From positions 44,944 to 108,943 of the forward strand of contig JADJNU010000004.1 of NCBI GenBank assembly GCA_016714165.1: a stretch of 64,000 nucleotides of DNA. The letters run 5' to 3'. A model generated the notes under the pieces. It worked only from the letters and a program-made list of their open reading frames with translations, was not told the DNA's origin and did no database searches. The position numbers were made by a program, and so were the translations under genes. Source of the DNA: Bdellovibrionales bacterium (GTDB taxonomy: Bacteria > Bdellovibrionota > Bdellovibrionia > Bdellovibrionales > UBA1609). Positions 18,954-27,116 of the stretch are shown here, one piece after another. Position 1 is the first letter of the stretch. The number at the start of each line of letters is the position of its first letter.

Positions 18954-19318
18954 CTACTACTGCACATATAGCGTCTTATAACTTTCGCTGGGATCTTATG
19001 GTTGTGTGCTCATCTCACAATTTGTGGCGTTCAGCTCGAGATTTCTGGTCTTCATGTTTAAACTCAAGTATCCGTAGCAATTCTCATGCGGTGCTCTTCG
19101 TCCTTGAGAGCCTTGACCCCGGATCCCATCCACTCTCTTTGCCTGAGCGAGCATTGGTATATTTCACTGTCCACTTTTTGATTTATGGCAAAATCGGGGG
19201 AAAATTGTTAGTAAATTATCGAGCGCGAATAAAATATCCATGTCCATTTGATCCATCCAATATTATCTTGAGATGTTTTTGATTTTTTTTGCCTAAACGC
19301 ATGGGTAAATCATTATTA
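18954..19318 (+). repeat. left arm of a long imperfect inverted repeat (non-coding conservation)
   Basis: Aligns with the reverse complement of 20179-20503 in four blocks, including a 44-nt perfect core (19072-19115). Confidence 0.8.
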
Positions 19319-19345
19319 ACAAGACTTTTCTTACATCAAATCAGC

Positions 19346-19375
19346 TTGACTCAGTGAATTAAATTCTGCTAGATT
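19346..19375 (+). promoter_or_regulatory. putative sigma70-type promoter for the 19557 ORF
   Basis: TTGACT (19346-19351), an 18-nt spacer, then TAGATT (19370-19375). Prediction from consensus only. Confidence 0.3.
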
Positions 19376-19556
19376 CAGCGACCCTGATTTTGATGCCTCC
19401 TCTTAAAGATGGCGACGAATAAGAAGATTTAGGAGAAGTTGTCTTTTTCGGGCCTCATAATGGGGGCAAATCGGTGTCGTCTTTGAGAGTATTGGTTTTT
19501 TTTCTGCTACGATCATTCCGGTTTTTTTAGGAAGTTGGTTTGAAGGGAATTGTTTT

Positions 19557-20042
19557 ATGCTTGTCAAATTTTTTGGATGTTTAATTACTTTGAGTTTCTC
19601 TCTGAGCGCATTTGCCACCAGCAACCTTGAGAAGTCTGAATGCGTTAAAATACTTAAGCGAGAACAGATTGTTTGGAGCTTCGAATCAAATGAAGTCGTG
19701 AACGAAAAGGTGTTGGGGGATTACTTGGATCTGTTGTCGGTCTTCGCAGAACCGTCGCCAAAGACTCTAAAATTGTCTTTGTTCGAATATGAAAGATACA
19801 TCACGCATTTACTCTCGGTTGAGAGGCTTGAGGGTCCATGGGTGACAGATGAATTATTGCCCAATCTTTTGGTTGCGCATCCTGAGTTAGAGGTCTCCCA
19901 GATTCCACCTAACAGTTGGCATAACCTTCAAGGTCCACCTCCTAGAAAATTGTATTTAGCTAAAAACCGAGTCAAGGGAACAGCGGCATATTTTGCCATT
20001 TTTTCCCGTCAAGGAAAGATCATAGTCTGGCCTCTTGATTAA
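19557..20042 (+). CDS. hypothetical secreted protein
   Basis: 161-aa ORF. Leader MLVKFFGCLITLSFSLSAFA. No family recognised. Confidence 0.55.
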   Translation: MLVKFFGCLITLSFSLSAFATSNLEKSECVKILKREQIVWSFESNEVVNEKVLGDYLDLLSVFAEPSPKTLKLSLFEYERYITHLLSVERLEGPWVTDELLPNLLVAHPELEVSQIPPNSWHNLQGPPPRKLYLAKNRVKGTAAYFAIFSRQGKIIVWPLD

Positions 20043-20079
20043 TGAACCTTGGTCCGATGATGAAAGTTAGGATTTGGTA

Positions 20080-20184
20080 ATGTTCGGATGGTTCTCTGCG
20101 TTTTTCCTTTTTTTTTCGCTTGTTGGCTTTTCAGGCTTTAAGAAGCAGCCAAGCCCAAATTGCTCCGACTATGAACCGTATTAG
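20080..20184 (+). CDS. 34-aa hydrophobic micro-ORF, or gene fragment paralogous to the C-terminal part of 1230..1703
   Basis: MFGWFSAFFLFFSLVGFSGFKKQPSPNCSDYEPY*. It aligns codon for codon with GWFSVFFLYISLIGCSVFRERPGSNCSDYEPY, with no indels and several synonymous changes. The upstream in-frame continuation has a stop (..WSDDES*), so it may be a remnant. The RBS is weak. Confidence 0.3.
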   Translation: MFGWFSAFFLFFSLVGFSGFKKQPSPNCSDYEPY

Positions 20185-20503
20185 TGATTTACCCGTGTTT
20201 TCGGCAAAAAAACGCCATAGCTCCCATTGAGAGCCAATTATTGAGTATTCTTGAGTCGAGACTATGGTAGCATAATTACGTGGACGGTGAAATATACCAA
20301 TGCCGATGCTTAAGGCAAAAGAGAGAGGACGGGGGCCGGGGCCAAGGCTCTCAAGGACGAAGAGCACCGCATGAGAATTGCTACGGCTACTCAAGTTTAA
20401 ACACGAAGGCCAGAGAAGACTTGAGCCGAACGCCACACAAGTGAGATGAGCACACACCATAGGGCCGGGCGAAAGTGATCAGTCGCTATATGCGCAGTAG
20501 TAG
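20179..20503 (-). repeat. right arm of the long imperfect inverted repeat
   Basis: Its reverse complement aligns with 18954-19318. The perfect 44-nt core is at 20343-20386. Confidence 0.8.
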
Positions 20504-20662
20504 TTTGGGTGCCCATGAGATTTTTGAGTCATGAATTTAAATACGGGTAGCCCTACTGCTCTTCGCTAAATCTTTTCCTCTTCATCTTCGCCTCTCACTT
20601 TTTTGGTTTATGATACAGAGAGACTCATCTTTCAACTGGTTCGGTTTTCGGTGGAAAGGTCA

Positions 20663-20819
20663 TCGGGGCCAGAAAAATTCTCTGCCTCCTTGATTTTGGT
20701 CTGCCAATATTCTCTGGTCTTAAATGTTTTCTCAGAATTTTTCACTCATACCTCCTTGGGTATGGAGTAATCTATGAGAAAAATTCACATCACAAAAATA
20801 GGGTGTATGGAGCGCTCAC
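20663..20819 (-). mobile_element. solo left-end remnant of an IS66-family element (inverted relative to IS66-A)
   Basis: The reverse complement reads GTGAGCGCTCCATACACCCTATTTTTG...AAGGAGGTATGA GTG AAA AAT TCT GAG. This is homologous to 10325-10480. The orf1 reading frame ends after about 35 codons and homology is lost. Confidence 0.75.
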
Positions 20820-21073
20820 GGTCTGGATTAAAAACGCAGCCGTGCCAGTCTGAAAGTGGACGTGTTTTATCATTAAACCGTCAAGAAAATGTTGGGCCTC
20901 ATCCTGCACCTTGAAGTTCATCCGAAGTTATCCTTTCCTATCAAAAGTCAATTAACTGATCGGGATCGAAACGGCCTCAACAGCGGGTGTGTCAAAATAG
21001 TCAATTTGATTTACACACCCTGGCACACTCGATAAGAATTAATGCGAGAATCTCCACAGTTTAGGTTGAAAAA

Positions 21074-22045
21074 ATGAATATGGTTGTAAATTGTGTTGCC
21101 TACAATAAAGGACAACATCTTAGTGATGTGACCATCGATGACATCAGTGAGGTTGTCAAAGAACCTGACGCTTTCATTTGGCTTGGTCTGCATGAGCCTG
21201 ACGTGCAAATGTTATCAAAGATCAGAGAGGAATTTGGTCTCCATGAGCTCGCTATCGATGATGCGCTCAATGCCCATCAGCGGCCCAAGATCGAGACGTA
21301 CGGCGAATCTCTTTTTATTGTGGTAAAGACGGCTCAGCTTGTGAATCAGAAGGTTTCCTATGTAGAAACCCATTTATTTATTGGCTCAAATTTCTTAATA
21401 TCAATTCGGCATGGGGCTTCGGCGAGCTATAAACAAGTCCGTGAATACTGTGAAAGAAATAGCAAGATGCTGAGCAAGGGCCCGGGATTTGCGCTCTACG
21501 CGCTGCTCGACTTTGTCGTCGACAACTACCAACCGATTGTCGTTGATTTTGAAAATACATTTAACGCCTTAGAAGTGGATATTTTCAAAGGCCAATTTGA
21601 CAGGTTAGTTATAGAACGAATCTATGAACTCAAGCGCGAATTGCTGGAGCTAAGAAATGCGGCCCTCCCGATCAGCGATATTTGCAGTGAACTGATGAGA
21701 TTCCATGATGAAATTATTCCAAAGGAGCTACGACCTTTCTTTCGCGATGTTCAAGACCATGTTGCACGCCTGGTCAGCGCACTTGATAACATGCGAGAAA
21801 TGTTGACCACCGCAATGCAAGTAAACCTAGCGCTGGTAGGTGTGGGACAGAATGAGGTCGTCAAGCAGCTGGCAGGTTGGGGCGCGATTCTCGCATTTCC
21901 CACGGTCATATTCAGTCTGTATGGGATGAATTTCGAAGTCATTCCAGAATTAAAATGGCGCTTTGGATATCCAATGACTTTGGGTATTACTGCATTGGGC
22001 TGTTTTCTTTTATACCGGAGACTTAAAAAGGCAGGCTGGGTCTAA
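21074..22045 (+). CDS. corA: CorA-family Mg2+/Co2+ transporter
   Basis: 323 aa. C-terminal two TM helices with the signature YGMNF (FSLYGMNFEVIPELKW). Confidence 0.9.
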   Translation: MNMVVNCVAYNKGQHLSDVTIDDISEVVKEPDAFIWLGLHEPDVQMLSKIREEFGLHELAIDDALNAHQRPKIETYGESLFIVVKTAQLVNQKVSYVETHLFIGSNFLISIRHGASASYKQVREYCERNSKMLSKGPGFALYALLDFVVDNYQPIVVDFENTFNALEVDIFKGQFDRLVIERIYELKRELLELRNAALPISDICSELMRFHDEIIPKELRPFFRDVQDHVARLVSALDNMREMLTTAMQVNLALVGVGQNEVVKQLAGWGAILAFPTVIFSLYGMNFEVIPELKWRFGYPMTLGITALGCFLLYRRLKKAGWV

Positions 22046-22081
22046 TTGGCCATTGGCCTCTCAGTCCATTTTTGGTAGTTC

Positions 22082-23383
22082 TCACGGAACAGGGTTCTTT
22101 GAGACCAAGCTCTCGATTTCAGCTTGAGTGGAGTAAAAGTCTCGATAGTATTCGGTGCGCTTATCGCGAAATTCAAAGTATTTCTGAGCGGCTTCAAGTA
22201 AATCGGGTCCATTTTTAACTCCGCGATTATATTCATTCTCGGTTAACCTCAAAAAGCTTTCTGCAACCTGAACATCTTGATCTGCTGTTTTGATGAGCTC
22301 GCCAAGGCTGCTCAAATCATGTTTCAAGTCATGAGCCAAGGCCCTGCCCTCACGAATGGCATGGGTGGCTCGTTTTCTGAAAGACGCAGATTCTGCCTGT
22401 CTTGCAAGGGCTTCCTTTCGATCTTCAAAACCCTGCCCCAGATCAATGGTCATTCGAACACCTGCCGTCCACTCTTTATTTTTTCTCATAGCCCGGTCAT
22501 AGTCATTGGAGAGTGAAGGAAGGCCGTATCCGGTATAAAGATCGAGCTTTGGTTTCCACCAATTAGCAGATTGATCGGCTTTTAGCTGCTCAATGGTTTC
22601 AAGATCATTTTGAACCTTGGCAGCGAGGTGTTGATCCGAAGAAGCTTCGGTGTCTTGAAAGTCCTTATCCGTCACCCTTGGAAATTCAGAACTTAACTCA
22701 ATATCTTCGTGCTCATCCAGTGCAAGTGCGACTGCGAGTTGATTGAGGCCAAGGTCCTTTTCGAGCTTCATTTTTGTGATCTCTCTTTCAAGAGAGATTC
22801 GATTGAGCTCAAATTGTTTAGCATCGGCAGTCGTGGTCAGTCCAGCCCCAGCTCGCTTTTTTGCTGATTTAAGATTGGACTCATTTATTTTGAGTGCTTC
22901 ATTGCGATCTTCGATTTGTTTCGTGAGTGCTGTGATTTTCCAATAGGCCAGCCTGGCCTCCTTTAGCTCCCTTTGATATTCCAGTGACAAAAGCGTTTGA
23001 GACAAATTCAGGCTAGAGTCCCGAATCCTGTCTTCAAGTTTGTCGCGACCACCTTTATAAAGATTAACTGTCGCTTCGAGTTTCCAGTAGTCTTGATTTG
23101 TCGTGTCTCCAGTGCCAGTTTTGAATTGTTCCTGTCCAGCCACAGCCGAAACTTGAGGGAGGAAAGATCGCAACTTTCGTCCCGTTCGATTCTTTTGTCC
23201 CTTCATATGGAGCCTCGCGGCTTCAACATTTTCATTTTTTTCAAGAACAAGATTGGACAAATCATCAAATCTGATTTTTCGCATGCTGGAATCACCCGTT
23301 TGAGAACTGGAAGCCCAAGTGGGAGCTGTAAAATGAATAAATAAGCTAATTAAGAGACCACTCGATGCCATCCAATCTTTCAT
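22082..23383 (-). CDS. TolC/OEP-family outer-membrane efflux protein (CzcC/CusC-like)
   Basis: 433 aa. Signal peptide. Two-fold repeated coiled-coil/beta layout typical of outer membrane factor proteins. Last gene of the RND operon. Confidence 0.75.
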   Translation of the reverse strand: MKDWMASSGLLISLFIHFTAPTWASSSQTGDSSMRKIRFDDLSNLVLEKNENVEAARLHMKGQKNRTGRKLRSFLPQVSAVAGQEQFKTGTGDTTNQDYWKLEATVNLYKGGRDKLEDRIRDSSLNLSQTLLSLEYQRELKEARLAYWKITALTKQIEDRNEALKINESNLKSAKKRAGAGLTTTADAKQFELNRISLEREITKMKLEKDLGLNQLAVALALDEHEDIELSSEFPRVTDKDFQDTEASSDQHLAAKVQNDLETIEQLKADQSANWWKPKLDLYTGYGLPSLSNDYDRAMRKNKEWTAGVRMTIDLGQGFEDRKEALARQAESASFRKRATHAIREGRALAHDLKHDLSSLGELIKTADQDVQVAESFLRLTENEYNRGVKNGPDLLEAAQKYFEFRDKRTEYYRDFYSTQAEIESLVSKNPVP

Positions 23384-23391
23384 AGAAACTC

Positions 23392-23844
23392 CTAGTCGAG
23401 GTTGTCAAATGCTGAAAGTAGTTCTTTGCCGCCTTGCTTTAATGATATGTCAATGTCGTAGGGTTTAGTCTCAGTCTTCGGCATTTTTCCGACAAACAAT
23501 CCATCTTTTTGCTCAAGACTGAACTCCGTGGTCTTCCATTTTCCCCTGACCTTGGTTTTAAGGCTCGCTGAGGCCTTTAAATCGAAACCCTTGATTTCCA
23601 GTGGTTTCATCGTCGTGTCGTAGAGGTAAACGCGAGTGGTTCCATCAGTTGACCTAACGAGCTCAGCTTTGTGAATAAGTGCAGCTTCGGCTCCCTTTTT
23701 TGCGTCAGACTTTAGAACGACAGCTGAAACAAGCCCACCGTACTTTCCTGTGTCCGTCAGTTTTGGTCCATGTCCCCCGTCGTGTGCCTGAACCCCAGTT
23801 GAAAAGTAAATTGCTAAGCTAATAAAAAGTGCATTCATTTCCAA
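23392..23844 (-). CDS. small periplasmic protein with AHDGGHGP N-terminus (hypothetical; sits where the RND adaptor gene normally is)
   Basis: 150 aa. Signal peptide ...STGVQA, then HDGGHGPKL. Beta-rich sequence. Overlaps the cusA-like stop by 10 nt and ends 8 nt before the OMF gene. Confidence 0.6.
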   Translation of the reverse strand: MEMNALFISLAIYFSTGVQAHDGGHGPKLTDTGKYGGLVSAVVLKSDAKKGAEAALIHKAELVRSTDGTTRVYLYDTTMKPLEIKGFDLKASASLKTKVRGKWKTTEFSLEQKDGLFVGKMPKTETKPYDIDISLKQGGKELLSAFDNLD

Positions 23845-26800
23845 TCTCCTTGATGGTGTTGTTGACTCTGAAATAAATATTTTCGAATGGCATTTTTTCC
23901 AAATTTGAGAAATACAGTTGGTGTTACGACGAGATCTAAAATCGTCGATGAAATGAGCCCACCCACTATAACGACTGCCACTGGGTAAAGAATTTCCTTT
24001 CCAGGTTCATCTTTGGACAAGAGCAGAGGAACCAAAGCAAGTGCCGCTGTTGATGCTGTCATGAGAACAGGAACAAGCCTTTCAAGGGATCCCCGAATAA
24101 CCATTCTAGCGTCAAAGTTTTCGCCTTCATCTTTCATTAAGTGCAAATAATGACTGATCAACAGTATTCCATTTCTCGTCGATATTCCGCACAAAGTGAT
24201 AAATGCGACAAGAGTTGCAACTGAAAGCGTTCTCTCAGTGAAATAAACAGCAAGAATACTACCGATTAAAGCGAGCGGTACGTTCATCATGACTTGGAAA
24301 CTTAACATGAACGACTTGAAGTGAATAAAGAGGACAAGAAATATTCCCAATAGAGAGAGGAGGCCCAACCAAAGGATGCGCTGTGAAGCCGCTTGCTGGC
24401 TCTCAAATTGTCCGCCGAGTTTTAGAAAATAGCCTTCTGAAAGCTTGATTTTTTCATCGAGTGCCTTTTTGATTTCGTCGATAACACTTCCAAGATCACG
24501 ACCGTGAGTGTTTGCCGAAACGACGATGCGACGCTGCATTTCTTCCCGATTAATCATATTGGGCCCGGTCCCTTGGTAGATATTTGCAATATCACCAAGT
24601 CTGACTCCTTGTCCCGTTGGAAGAAACTTAACCAAGGTTTCTGATATTTTATCTGGTGTGCTTTTTGAGTGATCATCAAGTCGCATAAAGACGTCAAATA
24701 TTTTTTGATTATCCAAAAGACTCGCAACAGTTTCACCGTTGAGCGCAATTTTTAAATCCTCAGCAAGAGTTCCACTTCGGAGTCCATATTTTCCACTTGC
24801 TTCACGATCGATGGCAATTTTCAGTTGTGGAATCAAGACCAGGGGTTCAGTCTGTAAATCTACAATGCCTTTGATATTCTGAAGAGCATCAAGGATTTCT
24901 CCACCGAGTCGTCTTAGTTCGCCGAGGTCAGGGCCAAAGACCTTCACAGCAATCTGGGCGCGAACGCCAGAAAGCAAATGGTCAATGCGATGACTGATAG
25001 GTTGTCCTAGGTTGACGTAAACCTCCCCGACCTTTTCGATTCGCTCTCGAATTTCCTGGAGAACTATTTGACGTGGCCTTCCTTTTGGTTTGAAATCCAC
25101 ATCAATCTCGTGCCAGTGAACTCCTTCAGCATGTTCGTCCATCTCGGCTCTACCGGTGCGCCTCACTGTGGATTTTACTTCGGGTACCGACAAAATCGCT
25201 TCTTCGATCCTTATTCCTAGGCGATCAGATGCCGCAAGAGAGATACCTGGGGTCCCGGCAATACCGATTGTTGCAGTTCCCTCATTGAATTCTGGCAAAA
25301 AGTTTTTTCCCATAAGTGGGAGGAGTAAGATACTTCCAATCAAAAGGAGAGCCGATGCAAGTAAAACAAGTTTAGGTCTTGGTAGGGTTAGATTTAAGAT
25401 TGTCAAGGCAAGTGCCTTAAGACGGCTCACCAAGGGTCCATCCTGTTTTCGGTGGACTGCTTTGGAATGAGGAAGAAGGTACGAGCACAATATAGGAGTA
25501 ACCGTCAGAGAGACCACGAGAGAGGCGATGATCGAAATGATATAAGCGATTCCGAGCGGAACAAAAAGTTGGCCTTCGATGCCGCCAAGTGCGAAAAGCG
25601 GGATAAAGACGAGGACCACAATGATCGTTGAAAGGACAATGGAGTTTCGGACTTCACTAGATGCCTCATAAATCACCCTGAGATTGCCTTTTGGTGAACC
25701 GCTGAGACGGTTTTCACGAAGTCTTCTAAAAACATTTTCGACGTCAACAATGGCGTCGTCGACAAGTTCGCCGATAGCAATTGCAAGCCCGCCCAATGTC
25801 ATGGTGTTAATACTGATATCGAGAATGTGAAACACGATGGCTGTAATCAGCAAACTGAGAGGAATTGCCACTAACGTGATTAAAGTGGTTTGAAAATTCA
25901 TGAGGAATAGAAATAAAATGATCATGACCATGATAATTCCATCCCGCAGTGCTTCCTCTACGTTCCCGATGGATGATTCAATAAAATGAGATTGCTTAAA
26001 TAAATCCGTCTCGAGCTTTACGCCTTCAGGTAGAGATTTCTCCATTTCTTTGAGCTCGCGGTCGATAGCCCGAGTCAGATCTATGGTACTTGCATTGGGC
26101 TGCTTTTGGACTGTCATGATGACAGAGTGTTTTGCGTTAATGCCTCCTTCGCCGCGTTTGATTTTGGCGCCAATTCTAACGTCAGCCACATCTTTGACAA
26201 AAACAGGCTGACCAAAGTGTATAGCTACAAGCGAGTTCTCGATCTCCTCAATGCTAGATGCGCGACCCAATGGACGAATGAGAAACTCTTTGTCGTTGAT
26301 ATCAATGAATCCGCCGGTCGTATTTTCACTGATTTCAGAAAGTGCATGTTTTAAATCTTCCAGGGAGACTGCTTTACGTTGAAGCTTTTCGCTCGACACA
26401 TGAATTTGGTATTGTTTGACTTCACCGCCCATGACCACGACTTGACTGATTCCAGGGATGGCCATCAAGCGTGGTCTTAAGTTCCAGTCGGCTAATGTGC
26501 GTAAATCCATAGGGGGAACTTTGCCTTCAGGACTTGTTACTCCAACAAACTGAATTTCTCCCATGATCGATGTCACAGGTACCATCACGGGCTTTATTCC
26601 GGATGGAAGCTTGCCTTCTAGAAGTTGCAAACGTTCTGCAACCAATTGTCTGTTGTGGAAAATTGCGGTTCCCCAGTCAAACTCAACATAGACAATAGAA
26701 ATACCTATGCCGCTACTGGAGCGAAGACGAAGAACTCCAGGGGTTCCATTGAGAATCGTCTCAATCTGGAGAGTGACGAGGGTCTCGACCTCTTCAGGGG

Positions 26801-26969
26801 CAAGCCCATGAGCCTCTGTCAACACAGTGACGGTTGGACGATTAAGATTAGGAAACACATCCACGGGAAGGCTTCGAAGCAGCCATGCGCCATAGACACA
26901 GATAGCGAGTGTCATGAGGCCGACAAGTTGTCGCTTCTTCAGCGAGAATTGAATTAAGTGGTTCAGCAT
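23835..26969 (-). CDS. CusA/CzcA-family heavy-metal efflux RND permease
   Basis: 1044 aa. N-terminus ...LPVDVFPNLNRPTVTVLTEAHGLAPEEVETLVT... and overall 12-TM RND layout resemble HME-RND pumps. Confidence 0.85.
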   Translation of the reverse strand: MLNHLIQFSLKKRQLVGLMTLAICVYGAWLLRSLPVDVFPNLNRPTVTVLTEAHGLAPEEVETLVTLQIETILNGTPGVLRLRSSSGIGISIVYVEFDWGTAIFHNRQLVAERLQLLEGKLPSGIKPVMVPVTSIMGEIQFVGVTSPEGKVPPMDLRTLADWNLRPRLMAIPGISQVVVMGGEVKQYQIHVSSEKLQRKAVSLEDLKHALSEISENTTGGFIDINDKEFLIRPLGRASSIEEIENSLVAIHFGQPVFVKDVADVRIGAKIKRGEGGINAKHSVIMTVQKQPNASTIDLTRAIDRELKEMEKSLPEGVKLETDLFKQSHFIESSIGNVEEALRDGIIMVMIILFLFLMNFQTTLITLVAIPLSLLITAIVFHILDISINTMTLGGLAIAIGELVDDAIVDVENVFRRLRENRLSGSPKGNLRVIYEASSEVRNSIVLSTIIVVLVFIPLFALGGIEGQLFVPLGIAYIISIIASLVVSLTVTPILCSYLLPHSKAVHRKQDGPLVSRLKALALTILNLTLPRPKLVLLASALLLIGSILLLPLMGKNFLPEFNEGTATIGIAGTPGISLAASDRLGIRIEEAILSVPEVKSTVRRTGRAEMDEHAEGVHWHEIDVDFKPKGRPRQIVLQEIRERIEKVGEVYVNLGQPISHRIDHLLSGVRAQIAVKVFGPDLGELRRLGGEILDALQNIKGIVDLQTEPLVLIPQLKIAIDREASGKYGLRSGTLAEDLKIALNGETVASLLDNQKIFDVFMRLDDHSKSTPDKISETLVKFLPTGQGVRLGDIANIYQGTGPNMINREEMQRRIVVSANTHGRDLGSVIDEIKKALDEKIKLSEGYFLKLGGQFESQQAASQRILWLGLLSLLGIFLVLFIHFKSFMLSFQVMMNVPLALIGSILAVYFTERTLSVATLVAFITLCGISTRNGILLISHYLHLMKDEGENFDARMVIRGSLERLVPVLMTASTAALALVPLLLSKDEPGKEILYPVAVVIVGGLISSTILDLVVTPTVFLKFGKNAIRKYLFQSQQHHQGDWK

Positions 26970-27116
26970 AAAGTCCTTTCCAAGATTTTCAAATGTTAGG
27001 ACAATTTAGCTTAACAGAACCTGTTGTGAACAACGAAGGCGAGATTCAATTCTCCTCAAATAATTTTGAAAGTTGCTGCGTCAGATCAAGAATCATCCAC
27101 TTGGATTAGAAGCGTT

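Larger units (their letters stand above)
10325..20819. mobile_element. composite-transposon-like block bounded by inverted IS66-family left ends, flanked by the 8-bp direct repeat GGTCTGGA
   Basis: The left terminus at 10325 (TTGAGCGCTCCATAAACCC...) and the reverse complement of 20819 (GTGAGCGCTCCATACACCC...) are homologous for about 155 bp, including the orf1 RBS and start. GGTCTGGA occurs at 10317-10324 and at 20820-20827. Confidence 0.65.

Noticed and set aside
18998-19020. A GTGTG start in the repeat arms as a possible group II intron 5' end
   Set aside because: No domain V-like hairpin, no reverse transcriptase/maturase ORF, and the unit is only about 350 bp.
18998-19282. 94-aa ORF called inside the left inverted-repeat arm
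   Set aside because: Its counterpart in the right arm is shifted in frame by small indels (VVCSSHNLWRSARDFWSS versus VCAHLTCVAFGSSLLWPS from near-identical DNA). The conservation is at nucleotide level, and there is no RBS or recognisable family.
20131-20460. 109-aa minus-strand ORF in the right inverted-repeat arm
   Set aside because: Same argument as for 18998..19282. It also runs antisense across the better-supported NCSDYEPY micro-ORF.
20985-21020. Hairpin GGGTGTGT-N20-ACACACCC about 50 nt upstream of corA as an Mg2+ riboswitch (M-box)
   Set aside because: It is far too short, and I could recognise no M-box consensus segments. It is kept only as an unexplained stem-loop.
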